Of a stretch of DNA of 64,000 nt, positions 17,301 to 25,781 are shown piece by piece (position 1 is the first letter of the stretch; each line of letters begins with the position of its first letter). The stretch comes from a virus. The DNA is taken from the IMG/VR virus record IMGVR_UViG_3300033066_001156, one strand, 5' to 3'. A program made the position numbers and the translations under genes. A model generated the notes under the pieces. The model was given only the letters and a program-made list of their open reading frames with translations, ran no database searches and was not told the DNA's origin.

Positions 17301-19413
17301 TGGGACTTCCACTCCTCCCCCTCCCCCTCCCTTCTGCCCCGATTGTGGGTCAGATAAAATTGGTGACCTTCATACCCTCACTGGGATCAGTATCTATGGG
17401 GATGATTCCCCTAAGAGACCGGATTGGAAGAAGCTTCGCGGTAATGCAAAATGTGTCCACCCCGACACATTGATTTTCCTTGATGGGGATAAGTCTGGAC
17501 TGGCACCCATTCGAAGTTTGCCGGTAGGGGACTTGGGTGAGTTCCATTACTCCCGGGGGTATTCGGTTCTCGGTCCTAATGGGCAATTTGTCCACGTGAA
17601 CAGTGTGTTCAATGGTGAACCGAAAGAGCTTTTCCACGTAGTCACTAGGCGGGGTATTCTCACATGCTCGGCAGAACATAGGTTCAAGCTCTCCGATGGG
17701 ACTCTGCGAAGTATTCAAGATGGTTTGAGTAAGGGGGATCAACTCGCCGAATCCCCCATTCCGACTTTGAAAATGGATGCCCCGAGCCCCATTCCTCATG
17801 GGGCCTCGGAAGACACCCCTCCTGTTTGGATCCACCCCAACTTGGACCACGCTTATTTTGCGGGCCTATTCCTCGGTGATGGGTGCAAATGTGGTACAAC
17901 TACGGTATCTCTGGCTCATGGTCAGGTAGATAAGACTGATCAGCTTGGTGTTTCTTATTCTTCGTGGCAGGATATTCTCGTTGATGCATGTGAACGAGTT
18001 GGTTTCCGTCCGGTGCGCCGCAAGATGAGTGTCTACCTCGGAAGTCGTTCCGTCATGCGGTACCTCAGCAGTCTATCGTTGGTTGATGGGGTGGGGGGCG
18101 GAAGAACCCTGAGAATTCCGCAGTGGATCCTTGATGGGGGGAGAGAGTTCATCCTGACTTTCTTGGGGGGTCTGTTTGATACCGACGGCTATATCGGAAA
18201 ACGAGACGCCTCCATGCGCTGGTGTACGAAGGATGCGGTTTTCGCCGGGCAAATTGCCGCGGTACTATCCGCCTTGGGGTTCCAACCCTCGGTGTCTCCT
18301 TCCTGGAACAAGACGTATCAACGGGACTATTTCATTGTTGGAGTGAGAGCTTCGGACATTCTATCCCTCAAACCTTATCTTCGGCATCCGGGGAAAATGG
18401 CCAGAGTTCGGGTGGTGCCGCCACACAATCTCACTCACCACAACAAAGTGCTCAAAGTCATTCCTGCAGGGGTGGGTCCATGCCGGGATGTGTCCCTCGA
18501 CTCTGAGGATCACCTCTATTGGACCAATGGTCTCGTAACCCATAATAGCACAAATTTCGCCCTGGTTTATGGTGGTGGAGGGAACGCGGTTGTTCTAGCC
18601 CTTGAGGGTGAGATTGATAAGGCTGAGGGTTGGAGAATCAAAGAAGTCTTTGACAAAACCTATAAGGGGTTGAGTGCTTGGTGGAAGGAGCAGCACAAAT
18701 TCGCTAGGCAGCATAAATTTGTTACTACTGCCTTTGGTCGCAGGTATCCTCTACCTGATATTGATCATGAGATGGGTGGGTTTCGAGCAAAGGCAGAGAG
18801 AAATGCCGTTAACGGACCCATTCAGGGCCTATCAGCCGACATAACGAAACTTGCTATGGGTCTGATTTACAAGGAGTGCAAGAAGAGGGGGTGGTTGGAG
18901 AAGGTGCATATGCTTATCACCATGCACGATGAATTGGTATTTGAGATAGATATGGATATCTTGGAGGAGGCCCTTGACACTTTCGTTAACATTATGTGTC
19001 GCAATCCTGCTCTCCTTAAATTCAAGTGGCCTATCCCGCTTACTTCAGACGTGGAGATGGGGTATTCATGGATGGTTCCTTGGGACCTAAAAAAGATTCG
19101 ACATACTGGGCAATGTCCACCAGAATTGGCTGGTTGCTTCAAGGGTATCAAGGTTAAGGATGGATCCTCAAAAGAGAGTGAAAAGCCGAAACAAAAGAGC
19201 CTTCCTATAAAGGTGTACAAAATCTCGTCTTTGAGTGTCGGGTCAGTTGAAGACCTAGCCCATATGCTTTGGTCTTCCAAGAAAGTTAAACCGGCTAATC
19301 CGGCTAGCCTCAAAATTGAGGGGCCGGATGGCGATGATCTGACCGCCTTGATGCTTGTCCTATGGGGTGGTCCCTTACCAGAAGTTGAAGCCGATGCCAC
19401 CGTCACTAATTGA
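14353..19413 (+). CDS. Family-A (Pol I-like) DNA polymerase with 3'-5' exonuclease domain, two inteins and a zinc-ribbon insertion
   Basis: Exo motifs YGIDTEGTGLD and HNAKYDQEML; motif A IIAA|C...HN|CDFSGVELRIA; motif B RGNAK|C...HN|STNFALVYGG; motif C ITMHDELVFE; Cys4 insert HCSSCDRMF...FCPDCGSD between motifs A and B. Confidence 0.92.
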   Translation: MDLFDFLEDTQKIKIDLKPWMSDGVHKAILCTAEMLPKVIDDCVASGLYGIDTEGTGLDTRVFDGETVAKLVGCCLSPDGKTGYYIPLRHKVGAQHNVPFSLWKREMARLINSDARAIFHNAKYDQEMLQFCGGEPVGEWDDPKKWEDTLILAYLRDTRAKQKGLKFLAKTELDMEMIELEDLFPKDKVKSGQLDFSELDPSWEVVPWYAGSDALITRKLYDKLAPKVLDPGDGLPGQGLIYGIEKLCVTATRWMERARIMTDQEKAKELIRIGQKEWLESISEVYTSASEIVGRDISPGYYRILMGRQPGYEDQKFDVSVVQPGYMVRVDEARLTADKNGLDPTFKDAKKKVRVQTIQKRVPSIATKGVMEEVDFPLVYDILVPEELGALLRECKVPGLTVTEKSGQVATNQEELERVLEEAGDKYPFAAKIKRFREVSKALGTYLLPLIEDSAPDGSIRIHYNAHKIDTGRFAVSSSRNPALDGGTRFPIHGTPATYDPKRPECMGRIRECIISRPGKIIAACVAKGELVHTGRGFLPIEDVVSGDRVVTDDGLRGVTWAGYTGSKPVVKLTTSKGITLRLTEDHRVYTTGDNGLEWKTVGEMKPGDWVVHAWGHIVGGSVELPPTPVLTPHEKTIRTPSVMTGDLAEFLGRFMGDGSISHLNGVERSINFSLGLDVDELLPHLNGQADTLFGISFKHRGRGDVTCSSNPLCRWVDDVTGKGQSDVRGLSVPPSIMRGGSNIHAMFLRGLFDADGSVGSRSGDGLSLWVTSPKMALEVQVLLHGLGIHTKRVCSERTTNFGHIVGYAITVSGIRPLQRFRGLVGFTTQRKKDSLDRLVGQSRNRDYSSTVPLDIARKAVRYQRRNGPMCITRGRRAGRVTFEALEACLKFPTDTDALSLNQILTKDWFFDTVVSVKPDGESDVYDLHVPEGSRFTVNSVVVHNCDFSGVELRIATNMSREPKWLREFFHCSSCDRMFPAGDGTSTPPPPPPFCPDCGSDKIGDLHTLTGISIYGDDSPKRPDWKKLRGNAKCVHPDTLIFLDGDKSGLAPIRSLPVGDLGEFHYSRGYSVLGPNGQFVHVNSVFNGEPKELFHVVTRRGILTCSAEHRFKLSDGTLRSIQDGLSKGDQLAESPIPTLKMDAPSPIPHGASEDTPPVWIHPNLDHAYFAGLFLGDGCKCGTTTVSLAHGQVDKTDQLGVSYSSWQDILVDACERVGFRPVRRKMSVYLGSRSVMRYLSSLSLVDGVGGGRTLRIPQWILDGGREFILTFLGGLFDTDGYIGKRDASMRWCTKDAVFAGQIAAVLSALGFQPSVSPSWNKTYQRDYFIVGVRASDILSLKPYLRHPGKMARVRVVPPHNLTHHNKVLKVIPAGVGPCRDVSLDSEDHLYWTNGLVTHNSTNFALVYGGGGNAVVLALEGEIDKAEGWRIKEVFDKTYKGLSAWWKEQHKFARQHKFVTTAFGRRYPLPDIDHEMGGFRAKAERNAVNGPIQGLSADITKLAMGLIYKECKKRGWLEKVHMLITMHDELVFEIDMDILEEALDTFVNIMCRNPALLKFKWPIPLTSDVEMGYSWMVPWDLKKIRHTGQCPPELAGCFKGIKVKDGSSKESEKPKQKSLPIKVYKISSLSVGSVEDLAHMLWSSKKVKPANPASLKIEGPDGDDLTALMLVLWGGPLPEVEADATVTN
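15925..17187 (+). mobile_element. Intein 1 (421 aa, LAGLIDADG homing endonuclease type) inserted in polymerase motif A
   Basis: Cys at +1 of the intein, terminal HN followed by Cys; LAGLIDADG blocks FLGRFMGDGS and FLRGLFDADGSV; excision restores KIIAACDFSGVELR. Confidence 0.85.
17452..18546 (+). mobile_element. Intein 2 (365 aa, LAGLIDADG homing endonuclease type) inserted in polymerase motif B
   Basis: RGNAK|CVHPDTL ... LVTHN|STNFALVYGG; LAGLIDADG blocks YFAGLFLGDGC and FLGGLFDTDGYI; excision restores RGNAKSTNFALVYG. Confidence 0.85.
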
Positions 19414-19723
19414 ATTAGAACAACGCATAGCTCTGTTGGAGAAGGACCAGGACACCCGACTCTCTCTCATGGAGGATAGGTTGGAAGCTATGGGCCAAGT
19501 GGTGCAAAGTGTGGCTAATGATACACTTAGAGTGTGCTCTGCCCTACAAGAGATGGTGGAGATTGGAAGGATCCCGGAGGTTCCTTGGGATCTTGCTTCT
19601 TTATTGGTGGAGTTTCACCATGCTTACCTGGAGCATCAGAATAACCCAGAGTATCCGATGGACACTTTGACCGAGATCAAAGACAAGATTCGTCTATTGA
19701 GACAACAATATAGAATCAAATGA
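19394..19723 (+). CDS. Hypothetical protein
   Basis: ORF MPPSLIELEQRIALLEKDQ... overlapping the polymerase stop by 20 nt; predicted helical. Confidence 0.4.
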   Translation: MPPSLIELEQRIALLEKDQDTRLSLMEDRLEAMGQVVQSVANDTLRVCSALQEMVEIGRIPEVPWDLASLLVEFHHAYLEHQNNPEYPMDTLTEIKDKIRLLRQQYRIK

Positions 19724-20340
19724 CCAGAAAATTAGACCTTCTTCAAGAGTGCAACGATCAGAAAGTCCCGGTGGCGGATTTCAAGGCCGCGTTCTGCTCC
19801 AGATGCAGGAATACACAATGTGTGAACGCACGTGGATCAGAGTCCCGTTGGATTCAACGCATCGGCACGCAGGAGGAGAGGCTCCTGATTCACCCCAATT
19901 TTGCGGACGATCGGGACCCTAGATTTGATTCTATTCGGGGCCTTCATTTCCGTTCCTTGGGGCAGGAGGAGATTGTTTTGAACTCCAGAGATCCTTGGGC
20001 TGGTCCCGGGGTTCATATGGCTTCTCCGGACACAAAAACTCACCGATCTGATGCTGTAGATCAGGCCGTGGCAGCTTTAGTTGGAAAACCTGTTCTACCC
20101 ACTAGAGTAGAGTCCCAACCACCCCCCGTGTTGACACCCACCCCCAAGCCCCAACCATCTACTCCGGTCACGTCTGGGTTAGCGATGAATGTCCCGTTTG
20201 AGGAGAGTGGGGTTATGTTGGATGGGACACCACCCAAATCAACGGAAAAATCTGTTTCCGTTGTGGATGATCCCTGGGCGCCACCACCACCAAAACCCAT
20301 GGTGGTTCCAGTAGGGGCCAAAATTAGATTGGGGGGTTAG
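19720..20340 (+). CDS. Hypothetical protein with N-terminal Cys cluster and Pro-rich C-terminus
   Basis: 206-aa ORF; CSRCRNTQC...; ATGA overlap with the upstream gene. Confidence 0.45.
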   Translation: MTRKLDLLQECNDQKVPVADFKAAFCSRCRNTQCVNARGSESRWIQRIGTQEERLLIHPNFADDRDPRFDSIRGLHFRSLGQEEIVLNSRDPWAGPGVHMASPDTKTHRSDAVDQAVAALVGKPVLPTRVESQPPPVLTPTPKPQPSTPVTSGLAMNVPFEESGVMLDGTPPKSTEKSVSVVDDPWAPPPPKPMVVPVGAKIRLGG

Positions 20341-20585
20341 TTCATGGAAGATCGGTTTTTCTCCGACCCCATGTAATTCTCAAAGAGGGACCTACAACCC
20401 TCATCATTCAGAGCAAATAAGAGGAAGGACGCGAGCTGTCTTGTCTCTTCGGCCTCTTCGTTTGACTCATCCACTCCAAAGTATGTCTCTACATCCCCAC
20501 TCCCTTTGACTACGAGCACAAGGTCTCCTGGCTCAAGCTCAAAACTATTTGCCTCGTCTAGGTTATCGTATTCGGTGTCGTCCAT
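20337..20585 (-). CDS. Small acidic hypothetical protein
   Basis: MDDTEYDNLDEANSFELEPGDLVLVVKGSGDVETYFGVDESNEEAEE...; converges on the 19720..20340 gene; low confidence because a plus-strand ORF overlaps the region. Confidence 0.3.
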   Translation of the reverse strand: MDDTEYDNLDEANSFELEPGDLVLVVKGSGDVETYFGVDESNEEAEETRQLASFLLFALNDEGCRSLFENYMGSEKNRSSMN

Positions 20586-20622
20586 ACCATCACGGTACAA
20601 TAGTGATGCGACCGAGGTTGAT

Positions 20623-20928
20623 ATGAATTGGTGGTTTGACGACATGGGCAGAAATAATCTGAGTGGGGTCCCGGGTACGGATAACCCTCCCATTTTGACC
20701 GATGACCGCATCATCGAGTTTTTAATCATGAACCCTTTGGCTAGATTGGATTTTCAGGCCATTCTTCCAACCATGCTTCCGCAAGAGCAGGAAAGGTTGA
20801 ATGGGATCGTAGCGGCCAATCCCAGGACACTAATCGGGTATCCTATTGATGATCAGGTCATTGATGACAGATTCATGCGTTCTCTCAATAATTCGGGTTT
20901 TAGAGACCCTAATCGACGAAAGCGATAA
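20623..20928 (+). CDS. Hypothetical protein
   Basis: ORF from MNWWFDDMGRNN...; the alternative start at 20506 would overlap the minus-strand gene. Confidence 0.3.
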   Translation: MNWWFDDMGRNNLSGVPGTDNPPILTDDRIIEFLIMNPLARLDFQAILPTMLPQEQERLNGIVAANPRTLIGYPIDDQVIDDRFMRSLNNSGFRDPNRRKR

Positions 20929-20933
20929 TTCCA

Positions 20934-21290
20934 ATGAGACGGATCTACGTTCTTCTACTGTCTTTGTTAGTGGCTTGTTCCAATATTCGGAACAAGAATA
21001 CGTATCGGGCCGAGGTAGACTTCACAAATGTGGTTGTAACTCGTGGCCTTCCTTCAGTGACCCGTTATCTGGAAACTCAATGCCGTTGTGTTGATGGTGT
21101 TTGGTCTTCCTCGGTTACGGGGGTTGATAATGAATCTTGTATTGCTGCTGCCGATTGGGTTTTTACGGTTTCCGCTAGGTGGCCCTGGCATCACTCAATG
21201 ATGCGATATAACGGATCTCTGACGGACACAAATCCAGGTCCGGCACCGACAATCCCACCCCTTTCTTGTACCCTTCCTGGGAGGCCATAA
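20934..21290 (+). CDS. Putative small lipoprotein
   Basis: Signal peptide MRRIYVLLLSLLVACS with lipobox L-V-A-C; several Cys. Confidence 0.45.
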   Translation: MRRIYVLLLSLLVACSNIRNKNTYRAEVDFTNVVVTRGLPSVTRYLETQCRCVDGVWSSSVTGVDNESCIAAADWVFTVSARWPWHHSMMRYNGSLTDTNPGPAPTIPPLSCTLPGRP

Positions 21291-21667
21291 TGGGCAACCC
21301 CGTAGACGTTCTAGCTGGTGTTCTTCTTCAGGATGCTTTACCTGCCCTTACTGGAGAGTTGAGCTCGTTGGGGGAGAAAGCGGACACACCTTGGAAGCAA
21401 TCTTTGCTCGGGGTAGCTACTTCACTGGTTACTCAACACGGACCCCATGGGGTGGAGGCTCTTAAAAACCTCACTCAATCCATTGTTGACGGTACCCCTC
21501 CTGATATGTCGAAGTTGACCCTTCGAGAAGCCAGTGAATCACTGGCAATCCTTCAGCAATTAGAAGCGGATGACAAAAAAGCAGCGGCTGCTTTTTTGTC
21601 GTCCGTGCTGGAGTCACTGTCGAAAGTTGCTGCGATTCTTCTAACCTCTCTTTTGAAAGCCATCTGA
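21290..21667 (+). CDS. Hypothetical helical protein
   Basis: ATG overlapping the upstream stop (TAATG); Ala/Leu-rich 125-aa ORF. Confidence 0.4.
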   Translation: MGNPVDVLAGVLLQDALPALTGELSSLGEKADTPWKQSLLGVATSLVTQHGPHGVEALKNLTQSIVDGTPPDMSKLTLREASESLAILQQLEADDKKAAAAFLSSVLESLSKVAAILLTSLLKAI

Positions 21668-21668
21668 C

Positions 21669-22181
21669 ATGCCACTTCTTCCAAGACCAAGATTTCTCAT
21701 TAGCCCAAGCACTTTTGACGCTGTTTCAAGGATTCTCCGTTCGCAGTACGTTGGGTTGCCACAGCCATCCCCCGACCTACCAGTAACGGTCAAGCCCCTC
21801 CCTAAAGTGGAACCCGAGTCAATCGGAGTGTCATCTTCTTCGGAAGTACCCACAGTGTTGGAGACTCCTACACCCGAGCCAGCAAAAGAGGTTGTGGTTT
21901 CGGAACCAAATACACCTGTTAAAACCGAACCTTTTGCCGAACCTCCTGTTGGTGGAGATGCAAACGTGGCGAATGTTGAACCTGTTAATCCGATAGGTTC
22001 TGAGGAGCCACCACCCTCCACTGATGTTGTTTCCCCTGTAGACTCTAAGCCCGAGGTTTTGTGGGATCCGGATATGAAAAAGGCCGATCTTTTGTCCTTT
22101 GCTATGTCCCATGGAATTGACGTTGCGGTTACCGCGACCAAGGCCGAAATTGTAGCCGCAATTCGGACAGCAGGGTTCTAA
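21669..22181 (+). CDS. Pro-rich protein with C-terminal Rho-N/SAP-like helix-hairpin motif
   Basis: C-terminal KADLLSFAMSHGIDVAVTATKAEIVAAI resembles the Rho termination factor N-terminal (SAP-like) motif; upstream region low-complexity P/E/V/S-rich. Confidence 0.45.
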   Translation: MPLLPRPRFLISPSTFDAVSRILRSQYVGLPQPSPDLPVTVKPLPKVEPESIGVSSSSEVPTVLETPTPEPAKEVVVSEPNTPVKTEPFAEPPVGGDANVANVEPVNPIGSEEPPPSTDVVSPVDSKPEVLWDPDMKKADLLSFAMSHGIDVAVTATKAEIVAAIRTAGF

Positions 22182-22184
22182 TCC

Positions 22185-22598
22185 GTGGTTGGACACGTCA
22201 GAAAATATGTCCCTACGGGCAATTACGGGTTTGTGACAACTGGTGATGGTGATATTTTTTTCCATCTTTGGGTTTTCAAAACTCTTGGTGGTCCCCCTCC
22301 CATTATAGGAGAGGTTGTAGACGTGTCCCTTATCCCAACGACCAATACCAGAGGTTTGCCACGCGCTGAGTCTGTTGAACGTGTGTCCCTCCCGGAATCC
22401 CAAATGGGGATGTTAGAGAAATTTGATCCCACAAGAGGTTATGGCTTCATTTCCTCCACCCGCGGTGTTTACTATGCCCACAAAAGTGACATGGATCCTT
22501 CTGCCACCCCCAAAGCTGGGGACCGGGTAAGGTTCTATGCCATGCCTGTTGGAGCTGGTGGTCAGCGTCCCAGAGCTTGTCATATCACACTTGTCTAG
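22185..22598 (+). CDS. Tandem cold-shock-domain (CSD/OB-fold) protein
   Basis: Two CSD-like units: GHVRKYVPTGNYGFVTTGDGDIFFH... and GMLEKFDPTRGYGFISSTRGVYYAHKSD...GDRVRF (KWFN.xKGFGFI-type motif). Confidence 0.55.
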   Translation: MVGHVRKYVPTGNYGFVTTGDGDIFFHLWVFKTLGGPPPIIGEVVDVSLIPTTNTRGLPRAESVERVSLPESQMGMLEKFDPTRGYGFISSTRGVYYAHKSDMDPSATPKAGDRVRFYAMPVGAGGQRPRACHITLV

Positions 22599-23155
22599 AG
22601 GATTTCATGTCAAATAAAAACCCGTTTGGTGGTAAAAACCCATTGTCTTTGTATGTTCCTATGTCTGAAACGGAGCAGGAATTCATCCATAGACTGGTCT
22701 CCTCTGGGGATCTACTGATCAAAATTCATGGGTGGGGTTTTGTGCCGTGTCCCAAATTACAAATCGGGGATCTTCAGGTAGTGGTACCTATTGACATCAC
22801 TTTTAGCGCCCCTGATGTACCCGTCCCTGTTCACGCTTTTGATTTGGAGCTGTGCACTCACTCCGGGTTAACTCTGTTTCGAGAAAATGCTGGGGCCGTC
22901 TATGACGGTCAACCTCTTATGGTGGGTGCTGGTACAAGGGTAGCGATGATGTGGCATATTGCTATTCGAAGCATTGATCCGAAAGTCATTAAAGCTTACA
23001 TGCCTTCAACTGTAGGTTTGACTTCCCGAACGGTGGACCGTGATACAGGGGATGTCACGGTGCTAGGGAATATGCGTTTGAGCTCCGAGGACCAAAAACT
23101 ACTTCACGAGGTTCGACGTGGTGAGGATAAAGTTAGAAGGAAGATATTCTCGTGA
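22577..23155 (+). CDS. Hypothetical protein
   Basis: 192-aa ORF in the same-strand gene series. Confidence 0.45.
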   Translation: MSYHTCLEDFMSNKNPFGGKNPLSLYVPMSETEQEFIHRLVSSGDLLIKIHGWGFVPCPKLQIGDLQVVVPIDITFSAPDVPVPVHAFDLELCTHSGLTLFRENAGAVYDGQPLMVGAGTRVAMMWHIAIRSIDPKVIKAYMPSTVGLTSRTVDRDTGDVTVLGNMRLSSEDQKLLHEVRRGEDKVRRKIFS

Positions 23156-23318
23156 CACCTAAAGATCCTGATGACCCCGATAACGAAAACCTATTTCCAC
23201 CGGCTCCTGACTTTGAGGCGGATCCTGAAGCCGAGCGACTATTGACCCGCTACGTGGATCAGGTATCAACCGAGGAGATCCTACGACGACTTGTAATGGG
23301 TACGGGGGATCTGTTTTA

Positions 23319-23936
23319 ATGGAATTGGACACCAGGCTCCCACTAAGTGAAACATCCAGGGAAGGCAAGGACCTTTTTTTGGAGGTTACTTTCCTTCAGG
23401 ATGACCCTAGGGGTTGGGTTGTTTATGAGTCTCGTATTTTCGATACCGATTTACCAAATACCCGTGATAATTCTCTTGGGTGGATTAAGTTCGCATACAT
23501 CCCTAAAGATAATTTTGATCGGGTTTTTCCTACACTTATGGACTATGCCATGAAAGTGGAAGGGAGGGGCTATCTTCAAGAATTGGTGGATAGTCTAGGG
23601 TTAGCGAAAGCGATCAAACAGTACGCAAAAACTGACCCTAAAATTAAGGATAGATATGCCAAGTTCCGTGATTTTTGGGTCGACAAGCCCATGCCGGAAT
23701 ATGCCTCAACCAAAACCCCACGTATGGGCGTAGGGACTATTCTCTATACCGCAACGAACAATTGGATCAAAAAGAATTTAGGTCTCCATTTGTGGGCCTC
23801 TTCGAATCAAACGGATGATGCGAAGGGGATATGGGCCAAGTTCAAAAGCAAAGGACTTAGTACAATGGAACCCCGCCCCAGACTTCTCAATGCTGCTTCC
23901 CGTAGGGTTGCACTCCGGTATTGGGTGGGAACATGA
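23319..23936 (+). CDS. Hypothetical protein
   Basis: 205-aa ORF in the same-strand gene series. Confidence 0.45.
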   Translation: MELDTRLPLSETSREGKDLFLEVTFLQDDPRGWVVYESRIFDTDLPNTRDNSLGWIKFAYIPKDNFDRVFPTLMDYAMKVEGRGYLQELVDSLGLAKAIKQYAKTDPKIKDRYAKFRDFWVDKPMPEYASTKTPRMGVGTILYTATNNWIKKNLGLHLWASSNQTDDAKGIWAKFKSKGLSTMEPRPRLLNAASRRVALRYWVGT

Positions 23937-24574
23937 CAACCTACGGAATCATCTATGTCGTCACCAACACGATCAACGGAAAACAGTACGTGGGGCAGAC
24001 GACTAAAAGTTTAGAGAAAAGATGGTCCGGTCACACTTCGGGATCTGTGGGTCATTGTAGGGCTTTGTGGGGCGCCATTCGCAAATATGGTAAGGAATCC
24101 TTCACCCTCACATCCGTGGACGTTGGTTCCAGCAAAATCGAATTGGACCATGCCGAAATGAGGTGGGTTGAAAGGCTCAATACCGTGGCACCCAATGGCT
24201 ACAATCTTACCATTGGTGGAGGGAGTGTGGGGAAACATTCCCTCGAAACTATTGAAAAACGAAGGCAAACCCTTATGGGACACCCAACTGCCCAAAAAAC
24301 GAGAGACAAAATCAGAGATGCTCAGAAGGGAAGATCCCTTTCTCCGGCTCACAAAGAAGCCCTAAGGGTGCCCAAGAAAAACAGAACGGAAGAGGGCATA
24401 GAGTCCCGGAAAGAAGCAATACGTAATGCATACGCTCGTATGACCCAAGAGAAAAAGTCGCAATTTGGACAGCATCGCGTTGGAACGAAACACAGTGAAG
24501 AAACGCTGGCAAAAATGAGAATGAAAGCTCAAGCTCGGGCTTCAAGGAGAAAAAACGATGTCCCTCTCGCATGA
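23933..24574 (+). CDS. GIY-YIG homing endonuclease with NUMOD3-like DNA-binding repeats (free-standing HEG)
   Basis: YGIIYVVTNTINGKQYVGQT (GIY-YIG), R...E and NGYNLTIGG core; C-terminal repeats GHPTAQKTRDKIRDAQKG / SPAHKEALRV / GTKHSEETLAKMRMKA. Confidence 0.8.
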   Translation: MTTYGIIYVVTNTINGKQYVGQTTKSLEKRWSGHTSGSVGHCRALWGAIRKYGKESFTLTSVDVGSSKIELDHAEMRWVERLNTVAPNGYNLTIGGGSVGKHSLETIEKRRQTLMGHPTAQKTRDKIRDAQKGRSLSPAHKEALRVPKKNRTEEGIESRKEAIRNAYARMTQEKKSQFGQHRVGTKHSEETLAKMRMKAQARASRRKNDVPLA

Positions 24575-25766
24575 CCGTCAGATCGCCTTGATGAAGTTCC
24601 TATCTCGTTTTGCCCGCAATCTTGGGGTGGGCAGGGAGACCTATGTGGTGGGTGGGGCCGTTCGCTCTTTCGCAATGGGTATGCCGATAAAGGATCTGGA
24701 CATTGTAATTGATTCAATCGCTCTGGGGGGAAAAGACTCCGATTGGTTTGCCAAGCAGCTTGCCTCTGCCATCCCTGCGAAAACCAATATCGTCACGAAC
24801 CAATACGGAGTGAGCATTTTATCCGTAAAAGGTACGTGGGTGTTAGATGGTATTGATCTAGATGGAGAAGTGATCGAGATCGCGAACGCTCGCAAAGAGA
24901 GTTACGGCACTGGCTCTAAGGGGTACAAGCCAACCGAAGTGGAGCCCTCGACTATCCAAGATGACATCTCGCGCCGGGATTTTTCGTTCAACACTCTTCT
25001 TTGGCGACTCCAGGATCTTGTTCACGGCCCTGAATACGCGGAAATTGTTGATCTTACGGGTGTGGGAAAAGCACATCTGGAGCAGCGATTATTGAACACT
25101 CCATTAGACCCAGACAAGACTTTTCAGGACGATGCTACGAGAATTCTCCGGGTGGTGAAGTTTTATCTTCGGTTCCATTTGAAAATCGCACCCGAAGTTG
25201 AATCTTCGATTCGCCGTAACGCTGGAGCACTTCGTAAGGTGCCTTGGGAAGCCGTAGCAAAGATCCTTGTGGGGGATATTCTGAATTCCCCACAAGCAAT
25301 GAAGGGGATGAGGGTCATGCGTGACCTTGGCATTCTCGATGTTCTGGTAGAGATGATCCGGGATACACCCCCTTTCGCCGCCTATTTGACTCGGCAATTA
25401 GCCTCCGGAAATCACTCCGTTGAGTTACTGCTAGAATTGGCGGATTTGGGTATTGCGGGTAGGGTTATATCTTTCTTGAGTGGTGCCCAAAGAGCTACTT
25501 TCAAGTCCCTCACGCAAGGAATGGGACACGAAGAGGCCCGTCAATTCCTTGAAGCTCTAAGTAACCCTAAATTGGAGAGCACCCCTCTTATTGAGGAGTT
25601 CAATCTTCAAGGTAGGGACCGTGGCATTATTGTTCCGTATGCCCGGGAAGAGATGCTTATTGATCCCTCTCTGGCATTAGATCCGGCGGGGCTTACGGAT
25701 GCCGTCCGCCGCAAACTTCAAGTTACTCGCCGGGTAGCAACTCGATTCATGTCGTTTTCGACTTGA
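24558..25766 (+). CDS. cca: tRNA nucleotidyltransferase (CCA-adding enzyme)/poly(A) polymerase-family protein
   Basis: Head-domain signature VVGGAVRSFAMGMPIKDLDIVI (GGxVRD..LG...D.D) and RRDFSFNTLLW (RRDFTxNA). Confidence 0.75.
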   Translation: MSLSHDRQIALMKFLSRFARNLGVGRETYVVGGAVRSFAMGMPIKDLDIVIDSIALGGKDSDWFAKQLASAIPAKTNIVTNQYGVSILSVKGTWVLDGIDLDGEVIEIANARKESYGTGSKGYKPTEVEPSTIQDDISRRDFSFNTLLWRLQDLVHGPEYAEIVDLTGVGKAHLEQRLLNTPLDPDKTFQDDATRILRVVKFYLRFHLKIAPEVESSIRRNAGALRKVPWEAVAKILVGDILNSPQAMKGMRVMRDLGILDVLVEMIRDTPPFAAYLTRQLASGNHSVELLLELADLGIAGRVISFLSGAQRATFKSLTQGMGHEEARQFLEALSNPKLESTPLIEEFNLQGRDRGIIVPYAREEMLIDPSLALDPAGLTDAVRRKLQVTRRVATRFMSFST

Positions 25767-25781
25767 TACCAACTATCGAGT

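Noticed and set aside
21641-22403. Minus-strand ORFs of 166 and 190 aa
   Set aside because: Antisense to the Pro-rich and cold-shock-domain genes; the low-complexity region produces long open frames on both strands.
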